This document shows positions 50,373 through 63,952 of a stretch of DNA of 64,000 nt, one piece after another. The position numbers and the translations under genes were made by a program. The stretch comes from Microbotryum violaceum. Taxonomy: Eukaryota. The number at the start of each line of letters is the position of its first letter. The first letter of the stretch is position 1. The stretch lies in assembly GCA_001244265.2 (NCBI GenBank), contig LN717261.1, positions 2,557,591 to 2,621,590 on the forward strand, written 5' to 3'. Below the pieces are notes generated by a model that searched no databases, had not been told where the DNA came from, and saw only the letters and a program-made list of their open reading frames with translations.

Positions 50373-51328
50373 AGACGTTCTTCGAACACAAAACAACCCC
50401 GACCGAGACGGAGGATGCGCTGAGCACACACACACCAAGAGAAGACTTTGATGGATGGAACCCTTGGATTAGGTCGAGGAGTTGAAGGATGGCTGTTGGG
50501 GTGGTTGGAACGAGCAAGATGCCGAGACTGTCGAACGTATAGTAGGTCGAGAGGATTCGAGTTATTCGAAGGATCTCGAACTAGTCCCTCCATAAAAACG
50601 AGAGCAAAACCCTAAAGACATACAAGGCGATTTCTTCAAAGGCGCTCATTAAAGAATAGAAGTTAGAGAGATGGTGTATGTGCATGTGGAGTTGCAGTTG
50701 ATCGGTTTGTTGGCTTTCCAGTCAGAGCTCCCAGCGCAACAGAGGCTTTCGAAGCTCAAGACGTGGAGCCTGGGAAATGAAAGACGGGCACGAGGCTCGT
50801 CAATAGGATGATAGACGATTGATGATAGTTGCGAATGAAATCACACGAAAATTCAGACGTAAAATGCTGAACAAGGAGCGAGACTCTAGCTCACTTCAGG
50901 AAACGTTAATCCGAAGCCTGGAGAACCTGCTGCGATCAAGACGACTTTGAACAGACTACCTGATCAATCATGAACCGAGCGCCAGGTTTGGGACGCTATG
51001 TATCTCGCACTGAATGACACTTCAGTCAGCACCGTTGGGAGAGCGAACGGGGAAGTCAGACTAAGAAGTAAAGTGTTAACCATGCGCTAAACATACTAAC
51101 AAGCTAGTGACTTGTAAGGCCAGGGCAAGATTTATAAAGCAAGAATATCTTCCATTTAGCCTCAGAAACAGAAACAGGAAACAAAACCTAATAAAGTCTT
51201 CAGACTCTTAACCACGCACCGCGACATTCTATGAACCCGGTTTAAATTGAGGCGCAGGCTTCTCCATCTTTCTCCTTCCTCAACTGCGCTTCAGACCTTA
51301 CCCATCGCACCTCATCCCATCGCCACTC

Positions 51329-51841
51329 ATGGAAGAAGCCCCAACACAACCATCCTACAACTTCGCGGACGGAAAACGAACAACTCTGTCAGTCGATGAC
51401 GTCGATCGACTTGCCGCAATGTACGCGAAACAACGCACGACCGTCTCTTCCCTGAAGGCCGACGGCCACGAAATATGTAGTCAAGTTACTGGAAGGTAAC
51501 TTGGTCATGCGGTCCTGGCCCACGACACGGCTCAAGTAGTTGTCACAATGCTTGGGAAGATCGTGTCGATTGATCCCTCAACAGGGATGCCTCTCGTGTA
51601 GTAAGTGACGCGAACAGCGTTTAGGGGAGCAGCCCGTTGATATACCTTCACAATGTCAGCCAACCACCCATTCAGCCTCAGAGATGCGGACATCGAATGC
51701 GTGGGCCGACCCGAACTGTCCTCGAGACAAGCCTCGAGCTCGCGACACCCGAAGCGGGCGTCGTGGAACTCTGCAATGAACACGGGACAGGTTTTCCCAA
51801 GAAACGGCTGCCGCATGCAGCATAGCTACGGATTCGAGTAA
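51329..51841 (+). pseudogene. Decayed ORF of unknown function
   Basis: Frame from ATG 51329 continues into ORF 51653-51841 through four stops (TAA, TAG, TAA, TGA), each one C>T from a sense codon. Confidence 0.35.
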
Positions 51842-52887
51842 GTGACTTCATGAAATGTGCTCTTGGTGTGGGATTGTTGAGGAGCTAATGGAAAACTACA
51901 AAGCAGCAAGTCCCTTCAACATGTCTTCTTTGAATGTCAACCCTCGAGTTGTTTTTCTTCGCCATCCGCTGGTGACACTACATGCGTCAGTTATCACTTG
52001 GCATTGGCTGTGCAGTCTTAAGTATGACGCAAAGTGAGATAAAAGCAGACATCGGGCTTCAGACAGGAGGTGATCCTATCCCCAAAAAGGGGGGGGGGGG
52101 GGGCACCCACCGTGGCCTGCCTGGGAAACGACATCGATGCCAACAAATACCACATGTTCTACAACAACGCTCATGAAGGAAGCTACAATGAGCAAGGTCT
52201 AACGCTACGCCGCTACCTGTAAACGTTGACGGGCATGTTGAGCTGTACGCACACACCATTTTAAGGGTGGGGGACGTATGTGCAGTCATAAGGCCACGGG
52301 TAGAGACGGCGGAAGGATTGACTTCGTACCGCTGATAATCCGGGTCCATGGGACACTAAATGTGAGCCTTCACTGCCATCGCTACAGATGGACAACAGCA
52401 AAAATACTGATAGTTGAAATAAACGAATCACGCAAAAAACAGACCTCTGGTTCACTGAATTGCGGCTCACCATCCCGTGGCAGCTTGCAAGTCAGCTTGC
52501 GACACTGTCATGGTTGGGAGCCCATGACAGCTAAAGGGCTCAGTTCGTGATCAACTTTCATCTTGATTACTGTTCCCTTTTGGTGGCCTAATCGGCTAGG
52601 GCTCCAGTCTTACTAAAATAACTGAGATAAAGTCTGAACCTGACAGACACCCGTGAAAAGGTCCACAATCGACGCGGGTCTCGACGACGGTCTGAGCCCA
52701 TCATCGGGCCCCCAGAGAACGAAAAAGTAGTTCAGTGATGAAATGAAGTCTCTGTGCATTTGATCGTCATCGCGCGGTTCTCTCCCGACTTCAGCCACTA
52801 GCTTTCCGTTACTGAGCAGTACCGCAGCTGTTGCAGCAAAGCATATCACATTGCAGCGGGTCAACGGTTACGGTGAGAGGTGGCGCG

Positions 52888-54222
52888 ACCAAGACTGCCA
52901 GGATTGAGTTGCGCATGACGGTGGCGTGCACCGAGGACAACCCACGAATCCCCACTCGCTCCGACTTTGACCGCAAGGAGCTCGGGGTCAAGGCGCCCAA
53001 GTCGAAGCTTCGATCGGTCGACTGAACCTAGGGGCGAGCGAGAGTCAGGTTGGCAGGCTCGACCAAGAGATTATCGAGGGTTCGAGAGACAAGCTGCGAA
53101 AGACCCCAGAAGAAGCACCTCCTCGTTCGTCTCGACGCTTGTCCATTGGAGGTTATCCAGTTCCCAGCGGCTGCCCTCCTTCCCGTCATGCACCACCTTC
53201 TTATCAGGAGCGGCCATTCGAACGGCATCGTCCCAGTGAGTTCTGCTGGCCCCTATGCGCGCTTAAGGCCGTGCATCTTGCTTACCCTGTTCGTTCCCCA
53301 CGCAACGTTCATATCCTATAGACACTCGATTCCAACTTCATCCAGTGCACACCTTAATACCTCGCCACGATCCTCTCAAACCCAGTTCGCCTCGTGAGAG
53401 ACCAAGCGAAATGGCTGTGCATTTTCGACTTTGATCAAGCCGATCTTCCTGTGAAGCCAGAATGGGTATTAGAAGGTCCCACTGTTCAACTATTTTCAGC
53501 CGCTCTCCTGATGTCCATGGCGCGTAGATGCAGGTGCACGCCGTCCGTCTGCCACGAGCCCGCCGAGCACGAGCCCGCCGAGATCTCGGCCATGGACATC
53601 AGGAGAGCGGCTGAAAATAGTTGAACAGTGGGACCTTCTAATACCCATTCTGGCTTCACAGGAAGATCGGCTTGATCAAAGTCGAAAATGCACAGCCATT
53701 TCGCTTGGTCTCTCACGAGGCGAACTGGGTTTGAGAGGATCGTGGCGAGGTATTAAGGTGTGCACTGGATGAAGTTGGAATCGAGTGTCTATAGGATATG
53801 AACGTTGCGTGGGAACGAACAGGGTAAGCAAGATGCACGGCCTTAAGCGCGCATAGGGGCCAGCAGAACTCACTGGGACGATGCCGTTCGAATGGCCGCT
53901 CCTGATAAGAAGGTGGTGCATGACGGGAAGGAGGGCAGCCGCTGGGAACTGGATAACCTCCAATGGACAAGCGTCGAGACGAACGAGGAGGTGCTTCTTC
54001 TGGGGTCTTTCGCAGCTTGTCTCTCGAACCCTCGATAATCTCTTGGTCGAGCCTGCCAACCTGACTCTCGCTCGCCCCTAGGTTCAGTCGACCGATCGAA
54101 GCTTCGACTTGGGCGCCTTGACCCCCGAGCTCCTTGCGGTCAAAGTCGGAGCGAGTGGAGATTCGTGGGTTGTCCTCGGTGCACGCCACCGTCATGCGCA
54201 ACTCAATCCTGGCAGTCTTGGT
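52888..54222. repeat. Near-perfect long inverted repeat (634-bp arms, 67-bp spacer)
   Basis: 52888-53521 is the reverse complement of 53589-54222; I saw one substitution and two homopolymer indels; mirrored ORFs appear in the track. Confidence 0.96.
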
Positions 54223-54877
54223 GTAGAAACATCGCTTGCCATCTTGATCCTCGAACTGCAGGTATGCCGGTAGCAGCTCTTGCACATACACGACGCTGGC
54301 TCGGATCCACTTGTTGCCCCCCGAGTCGACGAAGAGGTGGCGGTTGCGGCGGGGAGCGATGTCCGAAGTCTCCGCAGGACCCGCTTCCTCACGATCGAGG
54401 TGCTCCTGAAGCTCCTCCGCCGTCATCGGCAATGCACTCGACGCCGACAGACAAGGGAGACCGGGCACGAGCTGAGGAGCGCAGAGGTACTCCATGCCCC
54501 ACTCGTCCTCACCTTCGACGACGAGTCGCGCCTCGCTCCAGTCGACGGACGGGAACTTGAGATGGATGTTCTTGCGGTATGATTCCGCAGAGTCGAAGAT
54601 ACTTTCGGTGGCCCCCTCCGTCTTTGAGGGGCGAAAGTAAAGTATTTAATCGTTGTCCCATTCTTCCTCGGACGATTGGGACGTGGCTTTGGACGATGGA
54701 TGGGCGATTAGAGTTGTCGAGGTGGTAGGTTGTGCACACAGACTTGCAAAGCTGTTGGTCGTGGACGAGAGGAAGTAGCATTGGTAAGGGCCCACCAGTG
54801 TGCCCGGTCAAGTGCTCAAGAGCGAGAGTGATGTCCCTAGCTACCGAGTGGGCCACCCCGCGGCTCGACCCGCGCAC
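53590..54877 (-). pseudogene. Decayed coding region of unknown function whose 3' part forms the palindrome arm
   Basis: Consecutive protein-like ORFs 54509-54877 and 53713-54495, broken by frameshifts and stops. Confidence 0.35.
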
Positions 54878-56287
54878 CTCCGAAGAGTAGTCGACTCACC
54901 GCCGTCAGCTGCCCGTGCACGACGGTGCATCGATGTGCAACCATACCATCCCAACGGCCGAATCATCGAATTCTTCTAGAGGAGACATTGCGCGGTTTGA
55001 CATGGCTATTGGAACTTTTTTTCTTCTTCCCGGATCCAAGTGTGAGTGCGGCGGCCCCACAACGGGCCTGTCGCCGAAATGGGAGAGGAGGTCTTTCTTT
55101 TGTTCGGGCTTCGCTTGACCACAGCGGGGTCGATGACATGATGAGTCACTCGGACGGGGACAAAATGGGATACCGAGAGGCGTGATGGATAAGCTCGATG
55201 AACATCACCTTGAAATAACCGAATCGATGCGGAATATTCCGAAGGGTCCCGACAGCTTGTGCATGGCCGAACCGGCAGGATTCGAGTTGAGCCGACATCG
55301 TCGAACTGCATTATAACCTAGGAAACCGGGGACATCAGCTGTTCTAGGCACGGAGAAAAAGAAAAAAAGACGAAACTAGCCGACAGTAGAACAGTCACCC
55401 GTTGCTTGGCGCGATGTACGTTTGGTGATGCCGCGGAACTCGGGTGCACATCACCCAATTGTCCCCCGAAGCGGGTCCGTGCGCGCAGACGGAAGATTCG
55501 AGAGTGACCCGGCTGGCTCGGCCGCACCTCTATCTTTTTCCTCATCGAACTCGTAGAACGGCCCACTGCCACCCACACTTCGCCCCCGCCCTCCCCTTCG
55601 TGCAATGTCGCTGTCAATGGTCCGATTATAGAGTGATGGAGTTGGGTGAGTTGGTTCCTGCCTTGTTGCTGCGTTTGGATTAGCCCGGTGCGACCTCGTG
55701 CGACCGAACACCCCACTCGGCTCAGAGACTCGATTGGCTGACCCTCGCGCTCCTCGCGCTCCTCGCCCATAGTTAGATACCGATTGTAGTCCAATAAGAG
55801 AATCACTAGAGTACCGGTGAGGTTTCTGATCGCAACGTGACTTGACCATAGCCAAATATGTTACGAATATACATAAGCTGAATAAGAGCGTTTTTCTTTT
55901 TTTGGTTTTTATCAAAAACCAAACGCAGTAAGAATCGAATATAATTTGTGCCCCAGTAACTCCTAATTTACGCCCAAATAGTCCAGATGAAATTGAACCT
56001 CTACCCGCTGACCTTCGCTCTCCTCGCCCAACCCCTACCTCTACCCTCTATTGCCGATGTTGCCCTCATTTCGATCAGACGCCTAGGGCGACTACATATT
56101 GGCTCCATCCGGTCGCCCGCATCAACCTTTGTGTCTCACACTTTGTTCCAACATTGCCATCGTCCCCACCCCTCTCGATCATCAGTTCACGCTTTCCTCG
56201 CTGTGTCTATCCGACAACCAGCCCAAGGAGCCTGCTAACATTCAGCAACACGACATCCCTTGATTCTTCTCACTTAGAACAACGTCT

Positions 56288-56350
56288 GTGTCATCGTCGT
56301 CATTGTCATCGTCGGCATTGTCATCGTCGGCGTTGTCATCGTCGTCGTTG
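56288..56350. repeat. 15-bp tandem repeat (TGTCATCGTCGGCAT-like) x4
   Basis: tgtcatcgtcgtcat tgtcatcgtcggcat tgtcatcgtcggcgt tgtcatcgtcgtcgt. Confidence 0.85.
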
Positions 56351-56587
56351 TTGGATATCAAGTTACGGGTTGGCAGGTCACTGGGGATGGAAGGACAAGG
56401 ACGGCACAACAGCTTAGAGAGCGGATGGTGGGATGCAACACTCCCATGGCTTGGTTTCTGTGACTGGTTTGAATATTTTTGTTTGGTCGAGGTAGGTGAC
56501 ATCGCACACACCAGTGCGGGTGGCATTCAAGAAGCTTCCCCAGGCTGCACATTCCGTGCGCCGTCGGATGTTGCAATCTACCTAATT

Positions 56588-58985
56588 CTACATTTTGCTC
56601 AACCTCTTCCCCCTCTCCAAGATGGGCTTGATGTGTTCCCTGTACATCCTCTTCCTCTCCTCCTCATTACCGACATTTGAATCCAAGTCATTCTTGGCTC
56701 TTTCCAACATCGCCTCATACGCCTTTCCGTCGTATCGACCTGCGGTGGAGTCGAGTTCCCAATCGGAGAAGTTGAAGGCGTCGACGAGGCCGACTGCTTC
56801 GGGAAGGAGGGCTTGGGCGTGCGAGTTGACCAATGCTCGAAGGGCTTCGACGGGGGAATCCAGGGTGGCTGAGAGGGGTGGTGCGGGGGCCAGGATACCG
56901 AATTCCAATAGGGAGGGAAGAGCTTGTTCGATCGTGTGTAGGTTGAAAAAGTGAACGACTTTGGCGAGGACTTTCTTCTCGTTCGGTCCGGCACCTTGGT
57001 TCAGAAGACCTTCGGAAGAATTGGTCACGGCTTCGATCATGCGTCGGACGAGGAAGGCTTCGACGACAGCTTTGGATACTTCGATGCATTCGTGCGAGAG
57101 GTCACCGAACTTCTTGCCTGTTCGGAGAAGACGTTCGAGACGATCGACTTGGAGGGCCGCGCGGAGAGAGATGACTTGCAATTGGGTCTCAAAAGATTGC
57201 CACGAGGCCGATGTCGCTTGGATCGGAAGAGAAGGTTGAAGCTTGCCTCCTAAGGCGGAGAAGTAAGCGGAGGAAGGAGAGAGCTTGGTTCCGGAGGGGT
57301 TCTCTTTGTACGCTCCGTAAGTCTTGAGTGCCGCTCGGGCGACTTGGAGATGCAGGATAAAGTTGTCGCCTTCGTACGTGACGGAAGGGAGTTCGGAAGC
57401 ATAAATCCTTCCCACACCCGAGGCGTCGAGGAATCCATGACCACCCATCGCACGACGAACGATCTCAATGCCATCGACCGTACCCGCCGAAACGTAGGTC
57501 TTGAGCCCCGACGAGACGGCATGCGTTTCAGCGAGCAAAATCGTGTCCCCTTCAGCGAGTTGGGCCGCCATCGAAGAGTACAAATTGGACATGTCCTTTC
57601 CAGCGGTAATGAAGACGATCGATCGAGCAAGTTGAGGCAAGATACGCATATACACACCGGGGTAGGTGATGACTTGACGCTCGATGCCGAAGCCGGGTTC
57701 GCCTCGTTTGAGTTCGGGATCGGCGAATTGGCGTCGGGTGTGGAGGTAACGCGTCGAGATGGTCACGGCTTTGGCGAGCTTCCAGGCGAGGTTGCCGATC
57801 ATTTGGGCTCGGATGAAGATCATACCGCCGTAAGAGAGCTTGTCGTGCGGTGGCTTCGAGTACTTGCCCTCGGGCGAGACTTTGGCAAATCGGTTTAGCA
57901 TCTGGTCACGAGGGATGCGGACGTGGTCGAAGCGAGCCCCTAGAGGTTATATATGCATCCCAGAGTCAGTGAGATTTTGACACTGTGCACTTGAGTAGAT
58001 GCGACGAAGACAACACTCACATCCGTTATCGACAGCGGACATTCCCTGATGAACTTTGGGGCCGATCTCCCCCGCCTGAATGCCTGGCATCAACGAATGA
58101 TCTTCCAACGACCTCAACTGGGTCAAGAACAAATGAGGCCCATAATTCTCGCCATTGATGAACAGCCTTGCTTGAACGACGCCATGGGTCGCCAAGAGAC
58201 CGAGGGCACCGATCCACCATTTTGTGGAGGAGATGGTGGGGGAGTTGAGGATGAATTCTTGGGTTTTAGGGTCGTAGGTGGCGGTCGTTTCGAGCTGTTG
58301 GACGTTGGATCCATGGCCTAGTTCGGTTTGGAGGTAGCAACCGATGATCTGCACGAGATGGGTATGAAGGAGAGAGGTGAGCTTCGTGAAGGCCGTATTG
58401 GAAAGGAAAGCTCCGCTTGTATGAGATGAGAGGTACCTCGTGGTTGTAGCACTTGGGCAACCAGATGGCTTGTTGTTCATCCGAGCATTGCGCCGCAATA
58501 ACGGGTTGGAAGGCTAGAACGGGACGGAAAGCAATCAGCTAATGAATTCCTCATTTCTAGCAGATTTTCAGCCGGAAATAAAAACTCACCGATTTCGTGG
58601 AGGTAGATGCCGATGGGTTCATCGACGCAAGCAAGGGCCTCGATGTATTCCATGTAGTCGAGATCATGTTCGTCGACGAGGTCCATCAACCTTCGCGTGA
58701 CGGCCAAACCTCGTTCGAGGCGCTGAGATCGCGACATGTACGCCCTGGCGATCGAGGCACGGGAGAATCGGTCAATGTCATTCCTCCACAACAGCGTCGT
58801 GAGGCGAGGTGAAATAGAACTCACTTTTTCGACTTGTCAAACGCAAGGTCCTCACTGACGATCTTTGCGACGCGCGCCCTCATTTCAGAATCCCTCGACC
58901 CCTCATTCAGCACCTTGTTCAAGATGGTGGGGTCGAATGTCATGCGCGATCGAGCCTCGGTCAGATCTTTCGTTGTTTGCGACAT
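56588..58985 (-). CDS. POX1: Peroxisomal acyl-CoA oxidase
   Basis: GCYLQTELGHGSNVQQLETTATYD, KWWIG, DNG, RRQF, RRAMGGHG and VTYEGDN; C-terminal PTS1-like RLSKM*. Confidence 0.95.
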
Positions 58986-59553
58986 GATGGCTGGTGTTGG
59001 AGTAAGTTGCTCGACAGGAGGAGGTGACGGGGGCCTAGGGGGTATCGGTGTGAGTGGGGTAAGGGGGTAAGGACGAGGAGAAGGGAAAGGCAAAGAAGGC
59101 GAACATAAACGCCGCGGGCGGCATTGATGAAATGTGGAGAAAAGGACGGCGCGCCTGCTCGGCCAAAGTTGCTTGCCGGGGGCCGAGGCATCGAAGGTGG
59201 GGTGGCAGGCGTGGCGCGCTGTCGGCGGCGCGCGAGTCGCCGTGCTTACCCGGGCGCGCCGTCAAATTATGGCAAGTGGTTTGCCTTCTATGCCGCTTCA
59301 GGTCAATGCGGATGATGGCCTCCTTGTGAAATGGTGCGAGTCAACCGAATCTCCGAAGGGACGGCGAGGATCGCGTGGGGTGTTCCAGAAATTTAAGGTC
59401 GATCGAATTTTGTCGGAGAGGGATGAGCATGGGATGCCGGACTGAGATGAGATTGCAAGGATCGGCAACGGGCCCATCTCTCCGCCATAGCGCAAATCAC
59501 GTGACTCTTCTCCTCGATCACCGTTGCTCGACCTTCTGATCTGCGTCCGCCAT

Positions 59554-60918
59554 CTACTCTGACATAACATCCTCCCCCTCGGCACCACCTTTGTTCATCC
59601 CAGGGAAGAGGTGTTTGAGGCTTCGACTCGGTTTAGCGAGGTTGGCCGCCCATGTACTAACGGCCTGTAGAGAGGTGCATTGAATCGCGAGGACCGAAGT
59701 CAGTCTCTCTCTCTCTTATCGTTCGTATCCCAACGATGCAAGCAACTCACCTCCTCCATAGCCCCCTGCACAACCTTGGCGCCCTCGACGCCCCACCTCA
59801 GCATCTCCTCGAACCTCCCCACTCCGACCCTACTCTCCAAGCCAACAAGTGTGACCTTACCACTCCTCGGCAAGACCGCCACCGTCAAATTCGGTAAAGC
59901 CTGTTCTTCCGCCTGGGTCAGATCCAACAAGGTCGTGGAGCCTGACCCTCTGGAGCGTTTGGGGTCGTTGGAATGATGTACGGGTGGGGAGGTGAGTTCG
60001 AAGGGGGGGATCTGGGGAGGGGCGAGGGGGGATATGGAGGGGTAGGAGGCGAGGGAGAGGGAACAGATGTAGTCGGTTAGGGGCAGGCCGGCGGCGATGA
60101 GGGCCAAGGTCGTGGCGTTGATGGCGGCTTGTAAAAGGGCTGTCAAGGGGGAGAAAGTGGGAAGGGTGGGAGAAAGTTAGGCGTGGTTTCGAAAGATGAA
60201 ACTTGGCTGGAATCGAAGCAAGCGAGTACGTACCTCCATCGACTTCGAGCACTTGAATGTAAATGTCGATCGAAGACCGTGGATAGAGGTGGAGTAGGAG
60301 TACAGGTTCGAATGTGGCCTTCAGGGAAGCGGCCAACTCGACGGTTCGTCTGGAGGAGATAGGGGTCCGGAGGAGATAGGGGTCCTAGTCAGCTCTTTAG
60401 CTTGTTGTGCGGTGCCACATTGCAAAAGACAGAAGATAATGCAGGAATGCAGGATCCGGATGCACTGACCTATCCTTGGCATTGGCCCTGATCCCACTGG
60501 GATGTTCCTCCGTCCTGGCCTTCCTCCCCAGTCTCTCCGTCCAAGCGGCCACTCCAACCTCTATATTGACCCTGGCTTTATCGCCACTCCTAACCCCGTT
60601 CCCATGCGCAGGACCGCTCGCCGTGCCTGCCGCCGATCCCCCTGCTCCTGCCCCTCCTCCAGAACCCGAGAACAGGCCCGATCGACTGGGTTCGCGGGGG
60701 CCCAGAACGGAGGAAGAGACGGTGGTGAGGCCGTGGGAAACGAGGGCATATCCGTCCGGGTTCGAAGGAGCCAAGATGGCGTAGGACGTCGATGGGACGG
60801 TCGGGGGCGAGGGGAGGATCTGGAAGGAGAGCGAGCGTAGTTCAAGAGGAAGCCGAGAGTCGAGCCGTAGGTCCGCAGGTGTCAACAGTTGCGTGCGAGC
60901 GTTGGAGGTGGAGGCCAT
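59554..60918 (-). CDS. RRP41: Exosome RNase PH-like subunit Rrp41/Ski6
   Basis: LRLDSR..ELR, GPRE, DRRTVELAASLKATFEPV...YPRSSIDIYIQVLEVDG, AAINATTLALIAAG and LLDLTQAEE. Confidence 0.9.
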
Positions 60919-61194
60919 CGTAAAAAGTCAAGGCGTGTGAGCGCCAGTGTAGTGTGAAGGCGAGCTTACAGTCGAGCTGAGCTGGGCACTGCGCCGCGCC
61001 TCACTTCGCAAGCCCGAGTCGGTGCTTCCAATTGCCAATTACCGATTTGAATTTCCCCGACTCGAATAGTAAATTGTCACCGCTCGAGTCGGTGAACGGC
61101 GCTCCGGTTTCCGCTCCTGCACCGCCCACTCCTCCTTCGACACTCGATCCCTCTACATCGCAGCTGTCACTGAGACTGCATCCACCGATCGACC

Positions 61195-63919
61195 ATGGCA
61201 GCCACCGCCACGCTGAGTCTGATCGCCCAACTGGGCAAGACGGCGCCGCAACCTTTTGGCGTGCTCGCCACCGCGCTCGCTTTGCCCTCTTCGTCGAGCA
61301 ACTCTGTCAACATTGAATGGGTTCACACCTTGCCCGAGGGAGCCGATGCGGTGCAACTCGTCGTGGATGGGTGAGTGTCTCTGCTCCTACTGGGTGGGAT
61401 GGGGAAAGGAAGGCAAAGGATCAGCTAGCTAGCAGATGGCCTATCTCGTCGACGTGGTGGACTTGCTGTGCAACCCGAAACTGACCTACGGTACGCATTG
61501 GACAGTAAAATCACGCTTGGACCGATCGAAGCGCAACACGCACTCGCGAACGCTTTCGCACCCGAGGGCATCTTTGGTTCCGACAAGGACGAGTCCGCTC
61601 AGGTCCGTCAATGACATCTTGCAATCTGCTCACACCTCTCCGTCGCCTGACGATCATGTCGAAAACAACCTCATCACAGATTACTGCCCTGTTGCTCTCA
61701 CTGCCTCCCCACCCTCCCGTACTGCCGACCGCGCTCAGTCTCCTGTCCGCGCTCGAGCGCCGTCTCACCCTGCGTACCTACCTCGTCGGCCAAACCCCAA
61801 CCGTCGCCGACTACGCCGTATGGGGCCACCTTCGTGCGAACCCTATCGCGCTCGGTGTGCTCGCCAAACCCGGTGTACCCCACACCGCGCGTTGGTACGC
61901 CCACCTCACCAACTTGGACCCCTGCCAGACCGCGGTCTCGACCATCTTCCAACAGGCCAAGGTCAAGGCGCCCAGTGCCAACAAGGCCGACGACAAGAAG
62001 GAAGACGGCGCGAACGCGACCTTTGAACTCGGTCTCCCCAACGTCGTCAAGCGTCATGTCATCACCCGTTTCCCTCCCGAACCTTCGGGATACCTCCACA
62101 TCGGTCATGCCAAGGCCGCTATCCTGAACCAATACTTTGCGCGCATGTACGAAGGTCGTTTCCTCATCCGGTTCGACGACACGAACCCGAGTAAAGAAAA
62201 GGCCGAATTTGAAGAGTCCATCATTGAGGATCTGGCCCTCTTGGGCGTCAAGGCCGATGCGACGAGTTATACGTCCGATTACTTTGATGTGCTGCAGAGG
62301 TACTGCGTGCAAATCATCAAGCAAGGCAATGCGTATGCCGATGATACCGAGCAGGAAAAGGTGCGTTCAGGCGGGAGCTTGTTCAAGTAGGATATACAAG
62401 TTCGGACCCTGATCCTACAGTCGTCGCCAATACCCAAACAGATGCGCGATCAACGCATGAACGGGGTCCCTTCGGAGCGTCGTGACGCCTCGGTCGAGGA
62501 CAACCTCGCCCATTTCGCCGAGATGGCGACCGGGTCCGAGGAAGGTCGTCGGTGGTGCATCCGCGCCAAGATCTCGGTCGACGATCCCAACAAGGCGATG
62601 CGTGATCCGGTCATCTATCGCTGCAACCTCCTTCCCATCATCGAACGGGGACAAAGTACAAGATGTACCCTACCTATGATTTCTGTTGCCCCATCGTCGA
62701 TTCGTTGGAAGGTGTTACCCATGCTTTGAGGACGAACGAGTATAGGGATCGTAACCCTCAATACCAATGGATGTTGACCACCCTCGGATTGCGTCGCGTC
62801 GAGGTATGGGATTTCGGTCGTCTCGCCTTCGTCTACACCTTGTTGTCCAAGCGAAAGCTCAAGTGGTTCGTCGAGGAAGGTCACGTACGAGGATGGGACG
62901 ATCCTCGGTTCGCTACCGTTAGGGGTATCAGGCGAAGGGGGATGACGATCGAGGCCTTGACGCAATTCATGTTGATGCAAGGTCCGAGTCAGGCCTTTAC
63001 GAATTTGGAGTGGGACGTGTTTTGGTCATTGAACAAAAAGGTCATCGATCCTATTGCACCGAGGTTCACGGCGTTGAAGAAGAAGGATTTGTGCGTCGAT
63101 CCTCAAGCGGATCGTCCTGTGAGATGATAATTTGGCTGACGGATACTTGGTTTGGGTCTTCGTCGTCCGATAGGGTCAAAGTCAAGATCATTGGGGGTGA
63201 AGGGTTGCCCACGAAGGGGCCGGAATCCAAGTCGATGCCTAAACACAAGAAGAATGCCGAAGTAGGCGAAAAGACGACTTGGTTCGATTCAACGATCTAC
63301 GTCGAACAAATCGATGCTATCACCTTTGCCCAAGATGAGGAAATAACTCTGATGGATTGGGGGAACGCGTTCGTTCGTTCGATTGAACGTGCCGGTGGAG
63401 CGCCGGAGGGGAAGGTCGAAACTATCGAGATGGAGTTGAACCTTTCCGGCGATTTCAAAAAAACGAAGAAGAAGATCACTTGGTTGGCATCACCTTCCTC
63501 CAACGACGGTTTGCAAGCGTTGACCAAAGTGACTCTGTTGGATTATGACTACCTCATCTTCAAGAAGAAGATGGAAGAGGACGACAAGTTCGAGGATTGG
63601 TTGACCCCCCAAACCGAATTCAGGACCGAGGCGTTCGCGGATGTCAATGTCGCTGGATTGGAGAAGGGGACTATTATTCAGTTCGAGAGGAAGGGGTTCT
63701 ATATTGTTGACAAGGCGGCCAAGGACGGCGGGGAGGAAGGGGCGGAGTTGATTCTGATTCCGGATGGCAAAGTGTCGACTGTGGTGAGTAAGCACGAGGC
63801 GACGTTGAATGCGGCTGCGGCTGCTTCAAAGCCCAGGGGTGGGGAGGACAAGGCGGGAAAGGCGAAGAAGGAGGACAAGAAGGCCAAGGGAGGGGAGAAG
63901 AAGCAAAAAAAGGTTGAGG

Positions 63920-63952
<33 letters not shown>

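Noticed and set aside
55900-55923. Hairpin TTTGGTTTTT-ATC-AAAAACCAAA as an element end
   Set aside because: AT-rich and low complexity, with no partner terminus or CTRR end.
55987-56400. Small secreted effector starting MKLNLYPLTFALLAQP
   Set aside because: Weak hydrophobic core, no coherent exon chain, and downstream hydrophobicity comes from a simple repeat.
62620-62670. Programmed frameshift in GUS1
   Set aside because: No slippery heptamer; same one-base homopolymer loss as in PHS1 and NEO1.
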